Source: Bacteroidaceae bacterium
GTDB lineage: Bacteria > Bacteroidota > Bacteroidia > Bacteroidales > Bacteroidaceae
DNA: 61,116 bases
Assembly: GCA_963634425.1 (NCBI GenBank)
Contig: CAVHCL010000128.1
Coordinates: forward strand, 8,751 to 69,866
Direction of reading: 5' to 3'
The notes under the pieces are model-generated. The model was given only the letters and a program-made list of their open reading frames with translations. It did not search any database and was not told the origin of the DNA. The number at the start of each line of letters is the position of its first letter. Position 1 is the stretch's first letter. Shown here piece after piece: positions 53,208-61,116 of this stretch. Both the position numbers and the translations under genes were made by a program.

Positions 53208-54056
53208 ATGAAAGGACTCTTGCCGTACAGCATAAATGTGGGTGGCAGACTGCTTGACTTGGGCGAACCGCAGGTGATGGGCATTCTCAACGTCACCCCC
53301 GATTCTTTTTATGCCCAGAGCCGCAAACAGACACACGGCGAGATAGCAGAAAGGGTGGAGAGCATCCTTTCGGAAGGGGCTTCCATAATAGACATAGGGG
53401 CGTACAGCTCCCGTCCTGGTGCCGAAGACATACCGGAGGAAGAGGAGAAGAAGCGTCTGGCGCACGGACTGGAGATACTGAGAAACGTGGCTTCCGATGC
53501 CGTGGTGAGCGTGGACACGTTCCGCTCAGGCGTGGCGAGGATGTGTGTGGAGAACTTCGGCGTACAGATTATCAACGACATCAGCGGCGGAGAGTTCGAC
53601 CCGGAGATGTTCAGCACAGTGGCGGAGCTGGGCGTGCCGTACATACTCATGCACATGAAAGGCAATCCGCACACCATGCAGGACAACCCCTCCTACACCG
53701 ACCTCATGACAGAGGTGCTGAGGTATTTCGGCACGAAGGCACAGCGTCTGTACGAAATGGGAGTGAAAGACATCATCATAGACCCTGGCTTCGGGTTCGC
53801 CAAGACTCTCGACCACAACTACGAGCTTATGAGCCGTCTGCACGAATTCTCCGTGCTGCAACTGCCCATCTTGGCAGGAGTGAGCCGTAAATCCATGATA
53901 TATAAACTGCTCGGCACCACGCCACAGGATGCTCTCAACGGCACGACCGTGCTCAATACGCTCGCCCTCCTGCAGGGAGCTTCCATACTGAGGGTGCACG
54001 ACGTGCGCGAGGCTGTGGAGACCGTGGCTATAGTAAAGAAAACCATGTCATGCTGA
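53208..54056 (+). CDS. folP: Dihydropteroate synthase
   Basis: VMGILNVTPDSF, IIDIGAYSSRPG, VSVDTF, IINDISGG, MHMKGNP, DPGFGFAK, GVSRKS, LRVHDV. Confidence 0.95.
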   Translation: MKGLLPYSINVGGRLLDLGEPQVMGILNVTPDSFYAQSRKQTHGEIAERVESILSEGASIIDIGAYSSRPGAEDIPEEEEKKRLAHGLEILRNVASDAVVSVDTFRSGVARMCVENFGVQIINDISGGEFDPEMFSTVAELGVPYILMHMKGNPHTMQDNPSYTDLMTEVLRYFGTKAQRLYEMGVKDIIIDPGFGFAKTLDHNYELMSRLHEFSVLQLPILAGVSRKSMIYKLLGTTPQDALNGTTVLNTLALLQGASILRVHDVREAVETVAIVKKTMSC

Positions 54057-54829
54057 CATTAGGACTGAAGGACATAATAGACATAGTGCTTGTGGCGGTG
54101 ATGCTTTTCTACTGCTACAAGTTCATGAAGCAGTCGCGCTCGGTGAACATTTTCTACGGCATACTTATATTCATAAGCTCGTGGATAGTGATAAGCAAGA
54201 TTCTTGAGATGAAGCTCCTCGGCAACATCCTCGACCAGCTGGTGAGCCTTGGAGGGATAGCCATAATAGTGCTCTTCCAAGATGAGCTCCGCAGTTTCTT
54301 CTACAGCATTGGGGCACGCGAGCAGGCACGCCGCATCATACGCATCTTCCGCCCCGGCAGAAGAGACGACAACGAGGAGTTCGCCCACGACCGCGAGAGC
54401 ATCATACCCATAGTAATGGCGTGCATGAGCATGAGCCACCACAAGGTGGGGGCACTGATAGTGCTGCAGAACAACCTGCCCCTGACGGACTTCATCCGCA
54501 CCGGCGAGACGGTGGACGCAAGAATAAGCCAGCGTCTAATAGAGAACATATTCTTCAAGAACAGCCCCCTCCACGACGGAGCCATGATAGTGACCGGCGG
54601 GCGCATCACGGCAGCCGGATGCATACTGCCTGTCAGTCACGACCTCGACATCCCCAAGGAGTTCGGACTGAGACACAGGGCCGCCAAAGGCATCAGCAAG
54701 GAGACAGACGCGCTTGCCGTGGTGGTGAGCGAAGAGACCGGCAACATATCCGCCGCATACAACGACGTGCTAAGAGCCAACCTTTCGGCGGAAGACTTGG
54801 AGATACTGCTGATGAAAGGAAGATTTTGA
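54050..54829 (+). CDS. cdaA: Diadenylate cyclase (c-di-AMP synthase), CdaA type
   Basis: Three N-terminal TM helices, then the DAC domain: GALIVL...PLHDGAMIV...GLRHRAAKGISKETDALAVVVSEETG. Overlaps folP by 7 nt. Confidence 0.9.
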   Translation: MLTLGLKDIIDIVLVAVMLFYCYKFMKQSRSVNIFYGILIFISSWIVISKILEMKLLGNILDQLVSLGGIAIIVLFQDELRSFFYSIGAREQARRIIRIFRPGRRDDNEEFAHDRESIIPIVMACMSMSHHKVGALIVLQNNLPLTDFIRTGETVDARISQRLIENIFFKNSPLHDGAMIVTGGRITAAGCILPVSHDLDIPKEFGLRHRAAKGISKETDALAVVVSEETGNISAAYNDVLRANLSAEDLEILLMKGRF

Positions 54830-54860
54830 AAAAGAACAGATATACAAAACATTGTAGGAA

Positions 54861-55868
54861 ATGACATTGATGCAATCTATCGTCGCCCGCGCACAGAGCA
54901 ACAGACAGCGCATAGTGCTGCCTGAGAGTCTGGAGGAGCGCACGCTTGCCGCTGCCGACAGAGCCTTGGCCGACTCGTTGGCGGACATCATCCTTATCGG
55001 TGACCAGGACAAGATACTGGCACTCGGGAAGAAACTGGGACTCACACACCTTGACAAGGCCACCGTCATCAACCCCGCCACAAGCGATAAGACGGAACAG
55101 TATGCACAATTGCTCTACACCCTGCGCAAGGGCAAGGGCATGACAGAAGAAGAGGCACGCAAGAAGGTGCTCGACCCTCTGTACTTCGGCTGCCTCGTCA
55201 TAAAGAGCGGCGATGCCGACGGACAGATATCCGGAGCTCTCTCTACCACGGGCGACACGCTGCGCCCCGCCTTGCAGATTATAAAATGCGCTCCGGGAAT
55301 CACGTGCGTGAGCGGTGCCATGCTTCTCATCACGGACAAGCCCGAATACGGAGAGAACGGCATACTGGTGATGGGCGACGTGGCAGTGACACCTGCGCCT
55401 GATGCGGCACAGTTGGCACAGATAGCCGTCTGCACGGCACAGACCGCCAAGAGCGTGGCAGGGTTTGCCGAGCCGCGCGTGGCCATGCTGAGCTTCTCCA
55501 CCAAAGGCAGCGCGCGTCACGAAACTGTGGACAAGGTGGTGGAAGCCACACGTCTCGCACACGAGATGGCTCCCGGGCTTCAGCTCGACGGAGAGCTGCA
55601 GGCGGATGCCGCCCTCGTACCGTCGGTAGGAGAGAAGAAATGTCCGGACAGCAAGATAGCCGGTCACGCCAACGTGCTCATAGCCCCGAGTCTGGAAGTG
55701 GGCAACATCAGCTACAAACTGGTGCAGCGCCTGGCCGGTGCCGATGCCATAGGTCCCATACTGCAGGGCATAGCGCGCCCCGTCAACGACCTCAGCCGAG
55801 GATGTTCCGTGGACGACATATACAAGATGGTGGCTATAACGGCATGCCAGGCTATGGACGCTAAGTGA
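54861..55868 (+). CDS. pta: Phosphate acetyltransferase
   Basis: IVLPESLEERTLAAA..., GDADGQISGA, VMGDVAVTPAP, GELQADAA, NVLIAPSLEVGNISYKL. Confidence 0.9.
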   Translation: MTLMQSIVARAQSNRQRIVLPESLEERTLAAADRALADSLADIILIGDQDKILALGKKLGLTHLDKATVINPATSDKTEQYAQLLYTLRKGKGMTEEEARKKVLDPLYFGCLVIKSGDADGQISGALSTTGDTLRPALQIIKCAPGITCVSGAMLLITDKPEYGENGILVMGDVAVTPAPDAAQLAQIAVCTAQTAKSVAGFAEPRVAMLSFSTKGSARHETVDKVVEATRLAHEMAPGLQLDGELQADAALVPSVGEKKCPDSKIAGHANVLIAPSLEVGNISYKLVQRLAGADAIGPILQGIARPVNDLSRGCSVDDIYKMVAITACQAMDAK

Positions 55869-55916
55869 CGGCAGCTACCGCACGAAAAGGGAAAAGAAAT
55901 ATGTGAAACACACAAA

Positions 55917-57116
55917 ATGAAAATATTGGTTCTCAACTGCGGAAGCAGCAGTATAAAATATGCTTTGTACAACATGGACGACCATAGCGTCGTCACGAGC
56001 GGAGGAATAGAGAAAATTGGTATGCCCGACAGTTTCATCACAGTGAAGCTCAATGGGGAGAAGTACCGTACGGAACGCCCCATAGAGGAGCATACGGCAG
56101 GTGTGCAGTGGATCTTTGAGGTGCTGACGCAGGGCGAACACGCCGTGCTCGGGAGTCTCGGCGAACTGGATGCCGTGGGACACCGCATGGTGCACGGAGG
56201 CGAGAAGTTCAACAAGAGCGTGCTGCTGACACCAGAGGTGATGGAAGCCTTCGCCGCCTGCAACGATCTGGCTCCTCTCCACAACCCCGCCAACATAAAA
56301 GGTGTAAACGCTGTGAAGGCTCTACTGCCCGACATCCCCCAGGTGGGAGTGTTTGACACGGCTTTCCACCAGACCATGCCGGACTACGCCTACATGTATG
56401 CGGTGCCCCACGACCTGTACACCAAGTACCACGTGCGGCGCTACGGCTTCCATGGCACCAGCCACAGATACGTAAGCCAACGTGTGTGCGAGTTTCTCGG
56501 CATAAGCCCCGAGGGCACGCGCATCATCACCTGCCATATAGGCAACGGTGCCAGCATAGCGGCAGTGAAGGACGGCAAGTGCGTGGACACGTCCATGGGG
56601 CTCACCCCTCTGGAGGGACTCATCATGGGAACACGCAGCGGCGACATAGACGCCGGTGCCGTGACGTTCCTCATGGACAAGTTGGGACTGGACACGAAAG
56701 GCATCTCCAACCTGCTCAACAAGAAAAGCGGTCTCGCCGGTATAAGCGAGCTCTCAAGTGACTTCCGCGACATACTGGCAGGTGTGGCAGCGGGCAACGA
56801 CGAGGCCCGTCTGGCCAAGGAGATGTACACATACCGCATAAAGAAGTACATTGGCGAATACGCCGCCGCCATGGGAGGAGTGGACATCATACTCTTCACA
56901 GGCGGAGCCGGCGAGAACCAGTGGGAAGTGCGCGAGGGAGCCACAAGCGGACTGGAGTTCATGGGAGTGAAGATGGACGACGAGAGAAACCGTGCGTGCC
57001 GCGCCACAGAGGCCATACTCTCCGCTGACGACTCCAAGGTTACCGTCTGCTGCATCCCCACGGATGAAGAGCTGATGATAGCCATGGACACAGAGGCCAT
57101 CGTCTCCGGCAAATAA
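55917..57116 (+). CDS. ackA: Acetate kinase
   Basis: MKILVLNCGSSSIKY, GHRMVHGG, RYGFHGTSH, HIGNGASI, LIMGTRSGDID, IPTDEE. Confidence 0.95.
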   Translation: MKILVLNCGSSSIKYALYNMDDHSVVTSGGIEKIGMPDSFITVKLNGEKYRTERPIEEHTAGVQWIFEVLTQGEHAVLGSLGELDAVGHRMVHGGEKFNKSVLLTPEVMEAFAACNDLAPLHNPANIKGVNAVKALLPDIPQVGVFDTAFHQTMPDYAYMYAVPHDLYTKYHVRRYGFHGTSHRYVSQRVCEFLGISPEGTRIITCHIGNGASIAAVKDGKCVDTSMGLTPLEGLIMGTRSGDIDAGAVTFLMDKLGLDTKGISNLLNKKSGLAGISELSSDFRDILAGVAAGNDEARLAKEMYTYRIKKYIGEYAAAMGGVDIILFTGGAGENQWEVREGATSGLEFMGVKMDDERNRACRATEAILSADDSKVTVCCIPTDEELMIAMDTEAIVSGK

Positions 57117-57196
57117 CTATAGAAGGCTTAGAAGCTCTAGTGGCTCTAGAATACCTAGAGTTTCTATAGCTTCTAAGCCTTCTATAGCCTCTACAA
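57115..57196. repeat. Phased 9-bp palindrome array #4 (9 units)
   Basis: CTATA/CTTAG/CTAGT/CTAGA/CTAGA/CTATA/CTAAG/CTATA/CTACA cores start at 57117, 57127, 57137, 57146, 57155, 57164, 57173, 57182 and 57191 (spacing 10, 10, then 9 six times). The first unit overlaps the ackA stop codon. Confidence 0.9.
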
Positions 57197-57356
57197 ACAA
57201 GCAAAAAGAAAAAATAATACCATTAAAACAAAAATATTTGTATGTTTTGTTGTTGTTACCAGTAAATATTGTACTTTTATGCTCGCAACAAGCAAGAATG
57301 TGATATAATTGCAGCGTATTTTTAAGTGACAATACATTTTTTACACAAACAACACA

Positions 57357-60300
57357 ATGAAAAAGAGAAACTTACTTTCACTTGGTATCCTTTCTTTGTT
57401 ATGGATGCCAGCCAGCAATGCCAGAGCATGGGACGAACCAACTCTGGTGGACGGTGTCTACCAGATAGGCACAGCAAGCGAACTGGAGTGGTTCAGTGAG
57501 GCCCTTGGGGGTGGCAATATTGATGCCATCAGCAGTGCCGAGCTAACCGCCGATCTGGACTTCACAGGAATAGACCACAAGCCTATAGGCAGTGACACGG
57601 ACAACAAGTTCTGCGGTGTATTCAACGGCAACGGGCACACCATCAAGAACTGGGTGGTAAAAGACGGCACGGCAGACCAGGCATTCTTCGGTTGGGTGCG
57701 CGGCGGTGCTACCATCAAGAACTTGACCATTGACTCCTCGTGCTCAGTGGAGACTTCCGGCAGGGCAGCCGCACTGATTGTCTTCATACAGACAAAAACA
57801 GGAGGAACGGTCTCTGTGGAAAACGTGGTGAACAAGGCGGATATCACATCCACGGCAAAGATTGCCTCCGGACTGTTGGCTGCCGGAGCGGACGGCAATG
57901 ACCATCCCAACATCAACATCATCAACTGTGTGAACACCGGCAAGATAACCAACGAAAGCGGCAATTACGGAGTAGGCTTCATAGGATGGAACAAGAGCCC
58001 TGACAAAAGTTATATCAAATGCTGCTACAACATAGGGGAAATCACGCCCTTAGACAAGGAAGCCAACCTATTCCGCGGCAATAACCGCGCCCTTGAAAAC
58101 ACATACGACCTTACAAACACCACAGCCCAAGGGAAAACCGGCAAGCAGGGTCTGAAAACCGACTGGAAGACAGATGATCCCCTGCACAGCGGAGAGCTGT
58201 GCTATGTGCTGAACAACGGCGACATGGCTGCGTCTGGCATAAAGTACAAGCAAGACCTCTCCGACCCGACATCCGTGCCCATGCCTGTGGAGGACGGTCC
58301 ACTGGTGTACGAGGTGGCGGCGTACAACTGCGACGGCACCCTCAACGGAGGGGTGAAATACGCCAATGAGGAAACTGCCAAGGTTATCCCACCTCACACC
58401 TTCAGTGATGAGACTGGTCTGTGCACGTTCTGCCAGTACCCCAACGAACAATGGATGACGGCGGAGGAAGACGGTTACTACCACTTGAGCAACACCGCAC
58501 AGGTGGAATGGTTCTCGCACATGGTGCGTGATGCCCTCCACGGTACCATGAACGTGAAGTTAGACGAAGACATTGACTTCGGCGGAGTGGAGAACGCCCA
58601 CATGCCCATCGGCACACACACCTTCAAGTACTTCGGACACTTCGACGGACAGGGACACAGGATAAAGGGCATGAAACTGACCACCGCCAACAGTCTCGCC
58701 GACCGTGCGCATGACGGTCAAGGCTTCTTCGGCTCTGTCCGCGGCGGCGGCACTGATGCAGACGGCACCGTGACCAACGAGGCGATAATAGAGAACCTCG
58801 TCATTGATGCGTCGTGCTCTGTGGAACACGACAACAACTTCGCGGCGGGCTTGGTGGCACACATCAACAGCCGCAACGACGCAGACAGCCGCATAATCAT
58901 CCGCAACTGCAGCAATGAAGCGAACGTGACGACAACAGGCAAGAATGCCGCAGGAATACTCGGGTGCGTGGAGAACACGAACGTAGGACTCGTGCTGCAC
59001 AACCTCTACAACAAAGGCAAGATAGTGGGCGGCAACGGAGAGAGCGCAGCCATCTGCGCCTGGACGGGTCAGCGCAACACGGACGGTGAAGTGGACGTGG
59101 AAGGATGCTGGAACATAGGAGAGGTGCAAGGCGTGGACAACAACGGGTACAACCTTGTACGACGCAACTCCAAGATAGTACCGCGCAACATGGTGGACTT
59201 GTGCACCACCAACAGCGGCAACCAGGGCAAGGTGACAACCCTGAATACCTCCTCACCTATAGAGAGCGGAGAACTCTGCTATCTGCTCAACGGAGACCAG
59301 AGCAAGATAGTGTACACACAGACGGTGGGAACTGACGAGATGCCTGTATACGGCACAACATCCGGACAGGTTTATATGAACGGTACACTACACTGCGACG
59401 GAACTGTGAAGGAAGTGTTCTACGAGAACTTGGAGAAGACATTGACGAGAGAAAGTCATGTGACAAAGGCAAACGGTTTCTGCGAAAACTGCACCATGAA
59501 CCCCGTGGAGGCACTTCAGAAGGACGGCGAGGGCTTCTACCTTATCAGCAACGCCGCAGAACTCGAGAAGTTCTCCGACATGGTGGCCAATGGCAAGCAG
59601 AGTGTGGACAACAAAGCAAAACTGACTGCGGACATTGACATGGAAGGCGTTACGCACACCCCCATAGGCGGCGGAGCCGACGACAGCAACAAGTTCAACT
59701 CCATATTCGACGGACAGGGACACACCATAAGCAACCTCACTTCGTGCAACCGCGAGGACAACACGGGACTGTTCAGCTGGGTACGCGGAAGTTCCGTAAT
59801 CAAGAACATCATTATCGATGAGACCTGCTCCTTCAGCGGCACAAACCACGTGGCGGCATTTGTGGGCAAGATACAAGCCGGCGATGTGGTGACGATAGAG
59901 AACTGCATAAACAGAGCCAGCGTGACGGCAAGCGGCAACCACGCCGCAGCGTTTGTGGGCAAATCCTTCACAACAGGTCTCTGCGCAGTACTCAATAACT
60001 GCGGCAATACCGGAACCATAACTTCAGGAATGAACGCCTGCGCATTGGTAAGCTGGAACACCGGCGGCGAGATAAACGGATGCTGGAACGTGGGAGAGAT
60101 AGTGAAGAGCGACTGGGACAAGGACAATGGAGCCGACTATGACAGCGACGTGAAGGTGGCGACCCTCAACCTCTTCAACGGTGACAAGGCAGACAACGTC
60201 ACCGTCAGCAACACCTGCGACGCAAGTGCTTCGGAACAAAGAGGCCAAGGTACTCTGCTTGAGACATCTGCGGCGGCAAGCGGAGAGATGGCTTACAGAT

Positions 60301-60890
60301 GCGGCGAGGCGTGGAAGCAGACGATAGGAACCGACGAATTACCCACATTGACAGGGGACGCCGTTGTCCGCTACGTGGGCGAAGCCGGCTATGCCACACT
60401 CAGCAGCACATCGCCTTTCACTCTTAACGGAGACGTGAAGGGAAGCATCGTCACTGGCGAGAATAACAGAGTGCTCATACTCTCTGAGGTGAAGAATGTA
60501 CCCGCAAGCACGGGAATCATAGTGGAGGGTACTTATTATAATATGCTTAATGGTACGACCGCTGACGACTGCTCTGGCAATCTCCTTGTGGCTGTCAGTG
60601 AAGACATGGATGCTCCGGTAGGCACATACGTTATGCAGAAGCAAAACGACAAAGTCGGTTTCTATTTGGTAGTCAGCGGAGAGCAACCTACCATCAAAGC
60701 CGGCAAGGCATACCTCAGCATACCGTCGGAGGCAAGGACGCTGTGGCTTGAGGGTGACACCGAGACAGGAATAAGCGGCATAGGCTCTGCCGACAGTCAA
60801 GCCGGAAAGATTTACAACATGGCAGGACAGCAAGTGGAGAAAGCCGGCAAGGGCATCTACATAGTGAACGGAAAGAAAGTGATATATTAA
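57357..60890 (+). CDS. T9SS-sorted surface protein with three ~345-aa GLUG/beta-helix-like repeats
   Basis: Signal peptide MKKRNLLSLGILSLLWMPASNARA. Three modules open at about 57451, 58471 and 59530: YQIGTASELEWFSEAL / YHLSNTAQVEWFSHMV / YLISNAAELEKFSDMV. Each continues ...L.ADIDF.G..H.PIG...F.G.F(N/D)G.GH.I. C-terminal GKIYNMAGQQVEKAGKGIYIVNGKKVIY is a T9SS CTD. Confidence 0.8.
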   Translation: MKKRNLLSLGILSLLWMPASNARAWDEPTLVDGVYQIGTASELEWFSEALGGGNIDAISSAELTADLDFTGIDHKPIGSDTDNKFCGVFNGNGHTIKNWVVKDGTADQAFFGWVRGGATIKNLTIDSSCSVETSGRAAALIVFIQTKTGGTVSVENVVNKADITSTAKIASGLLAAGADGNDHPNINIINCVNTGKITNESGNYGVGFIGWNKSPDKSYIKCCYNIGEITPLDKEANLFRGNNRALENTYDLTNTTAQGKTGKQGLKTDWKTDDPLHSGELCYVLNNGDMAASGIKYKQDLSDPTSVPMPVEDGPLVYEVAAYNCDGTLNGGVKYANEETAKVIPPHTFSDETGLCTFCQYPNEQWMTAEEDGYYHLSNTAQVEWFSHMVRDALHGTMNVKLDEDIDFGGVENAHMPIGTHTFKYFGHFDGQGHRIKGMKLTTANSLADRAHDGQGFFGSVRGGGTDADGTVTNEAIIENLVIDASCSVEHDNNFAAGLVAHINSRNDADSRIIIRNCSNEANVTTTGKNAAGILGCVENTNVGLVLHNLYNKGKIVGGNGESAAICAWTGQRNTDGEVDVEGCWNIGEVQGVDNNGYNLVRRNSKIVPRNMVDLCTTNSGNQGKVTTLNTSSPIESGELCYLLNGDQSKIVYTQTVGTDEMPVYGTTSGQVYMNGTLHCDGTVKEVFYENLEKTLTRESHVTKANGFCENCTMNPVEALQKDGEGFYLISNAAELEKFSDMVANGKQSVDNKAKLTADIDMEGVTHTPIGGGADDSNKFNSIFDGQGHTISNLTSCNREDNTGLFSWVRGSSVIKNIIIDETCSFSGTNHVAAFVGKIQAGDVVTIENCINRASVTASGNHAAAFVGKSFTTGLCAVLNNCGNTGTITSGMNACALVSWNTGGEINGCWNVGEIVKSDWDKDNGADYDSDVKVATLNLFNGDKADNVTVSNTCDASASEQRGQGTLLETSAAASGEMAYRCGEAWKQTIGTDELPTLTGDAVVRYVGEAGYATLSSTSPFTLNGDVKGSIVTGENNRVLILSEVKNVPASTGIIVEGTYYNMLNGTTADDCSGNLLVAVSEDMDAPVGTYVMQKQNDKVGFYLVVSGEQPTIKAGKAYLSIPSEARTLWLEGDTETGISGIGSADSQAGKIYNMAGQQVEKAGKGIYIVNGKKVIY

Positions 60891-60903
60891 AAAACTGCAA
60901 GAT

Positions 60904-61083
60904 ATGAAAAAGACATATATTTCGCCAAACACAACGGCAATAAATATTCAGACACAACAACTCGTGGCCTTGAGTGTCCAGGACGGAACGGCAAACAAAG
61001 ACCTCGATGCGCTCAGCAGGGAGATGGACGATATTTGGGATGCTTGGGATGTTTGGGAAGAGGAAGACAAGACAAGAAGATAA
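60904..61083 (+). CDS. Small hypothetical protein (59 aa) with an acidic, Trp-rich C-terminus
   Basis: Hand translation: MKKTYISPNTTAINIQTQQLVALSVQDGTANKDLDALSREMDDIWDAWDVWEEEDKTRR*. Starts 14 nt after the upstream stop. Too short for the supplied ORF track. No homology is known to me. Confidence 0.35.
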   Translation: MKKTYISPNTTAINIQTQQLVALSVQDGTANKDLDALSREMDDIWDAWDVWEEEDKTRR

Positions 61084-61116
61084 GATAACGATATCTGTCC
61101 AGTAATCAAGCGGGAG

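Noticed and set aside
57246-57279. Promoter for the 57357 gene (TTTG at 57246-49, TACTTTTA at 57272-79)
   Set aside because: The -7 box lacks the terminal G and the spacer is 22 nt. This is too weak to call from sequence alone.
1-61116. Dozens of long ORFs in the six-frame track lie antisense to, or out of frame with, the called genes. Examples: 3179-4129(-), 6980-8446(+), 9967-11049(+), 13876-14853(+), 15519-16541(+), 27961-28794(-), 31027-32166(-), 39184-40290(-), 43543-44733(-), 44920-45927(-), 50701-51525(-), 51979-53145(+), 54693-55667(-).
   Set aside because: Each is fully embedded in a gene with strong family motifs on the other strand or frame. Their translations are low-complexity (R/H/G/C/V-rich) with no recognisable motifs. 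This is the typical stop-codon-poor shadow of GC-rich coding DNA.

Overview
This 61.1-kb segment appears to come from a Bacteroidales (Bacteroidota) chromosome. Supporting evidence: Bacteroides-type promoter boxes (-33 TTTG / -7 TAnnTTTG), T9SS C-terminal sorting domains, type V pilin lipoproteins, and ftsK-lolA, folP-cdaA and pta-ackA synteny. By eye the GC content is high (about 55-60%), with a few clearly AT-richer patches.

Layout:
- (i) 1-25.9 kb: housekeeping genes. These are a PiT phosphate transporter, an EEP nuclease/phosphatase, a LOG-family protein, and a 14-kb minus-strand gene train (exonuclease, rlmI, nucleoside permease, rsmE, hypothetical, ABC pair, kinase/RapZ_C/nucleotidyltransferase fusion, mfd, SPOR-amidase). 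They are followed by ftsK, lolA-like, trxB, a membrane protein plus ABC ATPase, and a methyltransferase.
- (ii) 25.9-50.7 kb: a surface-appendage locus. It holds a DUF3575-type gene split by a G7 tract, an Mfa2/DUF5119-like anchor lipoprotein, four type V pilin-like lipoproteins, a 4129-aa seven-module beta-helix protein and a 1045-aa Ig-like protein. The last two both end in T9SS sorting domains.
- (iii) 50.7-57.1 kb: housekeeping genes (DUF4491, methyltransferase, murF, folP, cdaA, pta, ackA).
- (iv) 57.1-61.1 kb: a third T9SS cargo with three ~345-aa repeats, plus a 59-codon acidic ORF.

The least explained signal is a family of four intergenic arrays of a ~9-bp phased palindrome (TTCTAGAA/CTATAG cores, 5-10 units each). 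Every array sits directly in front of one of these surface-protein genes.

I saw no rRNA, tRNA, CRISPR, integrase or transposase. All functional calls rest on motif recognition in the supplied translations; no searches were run.
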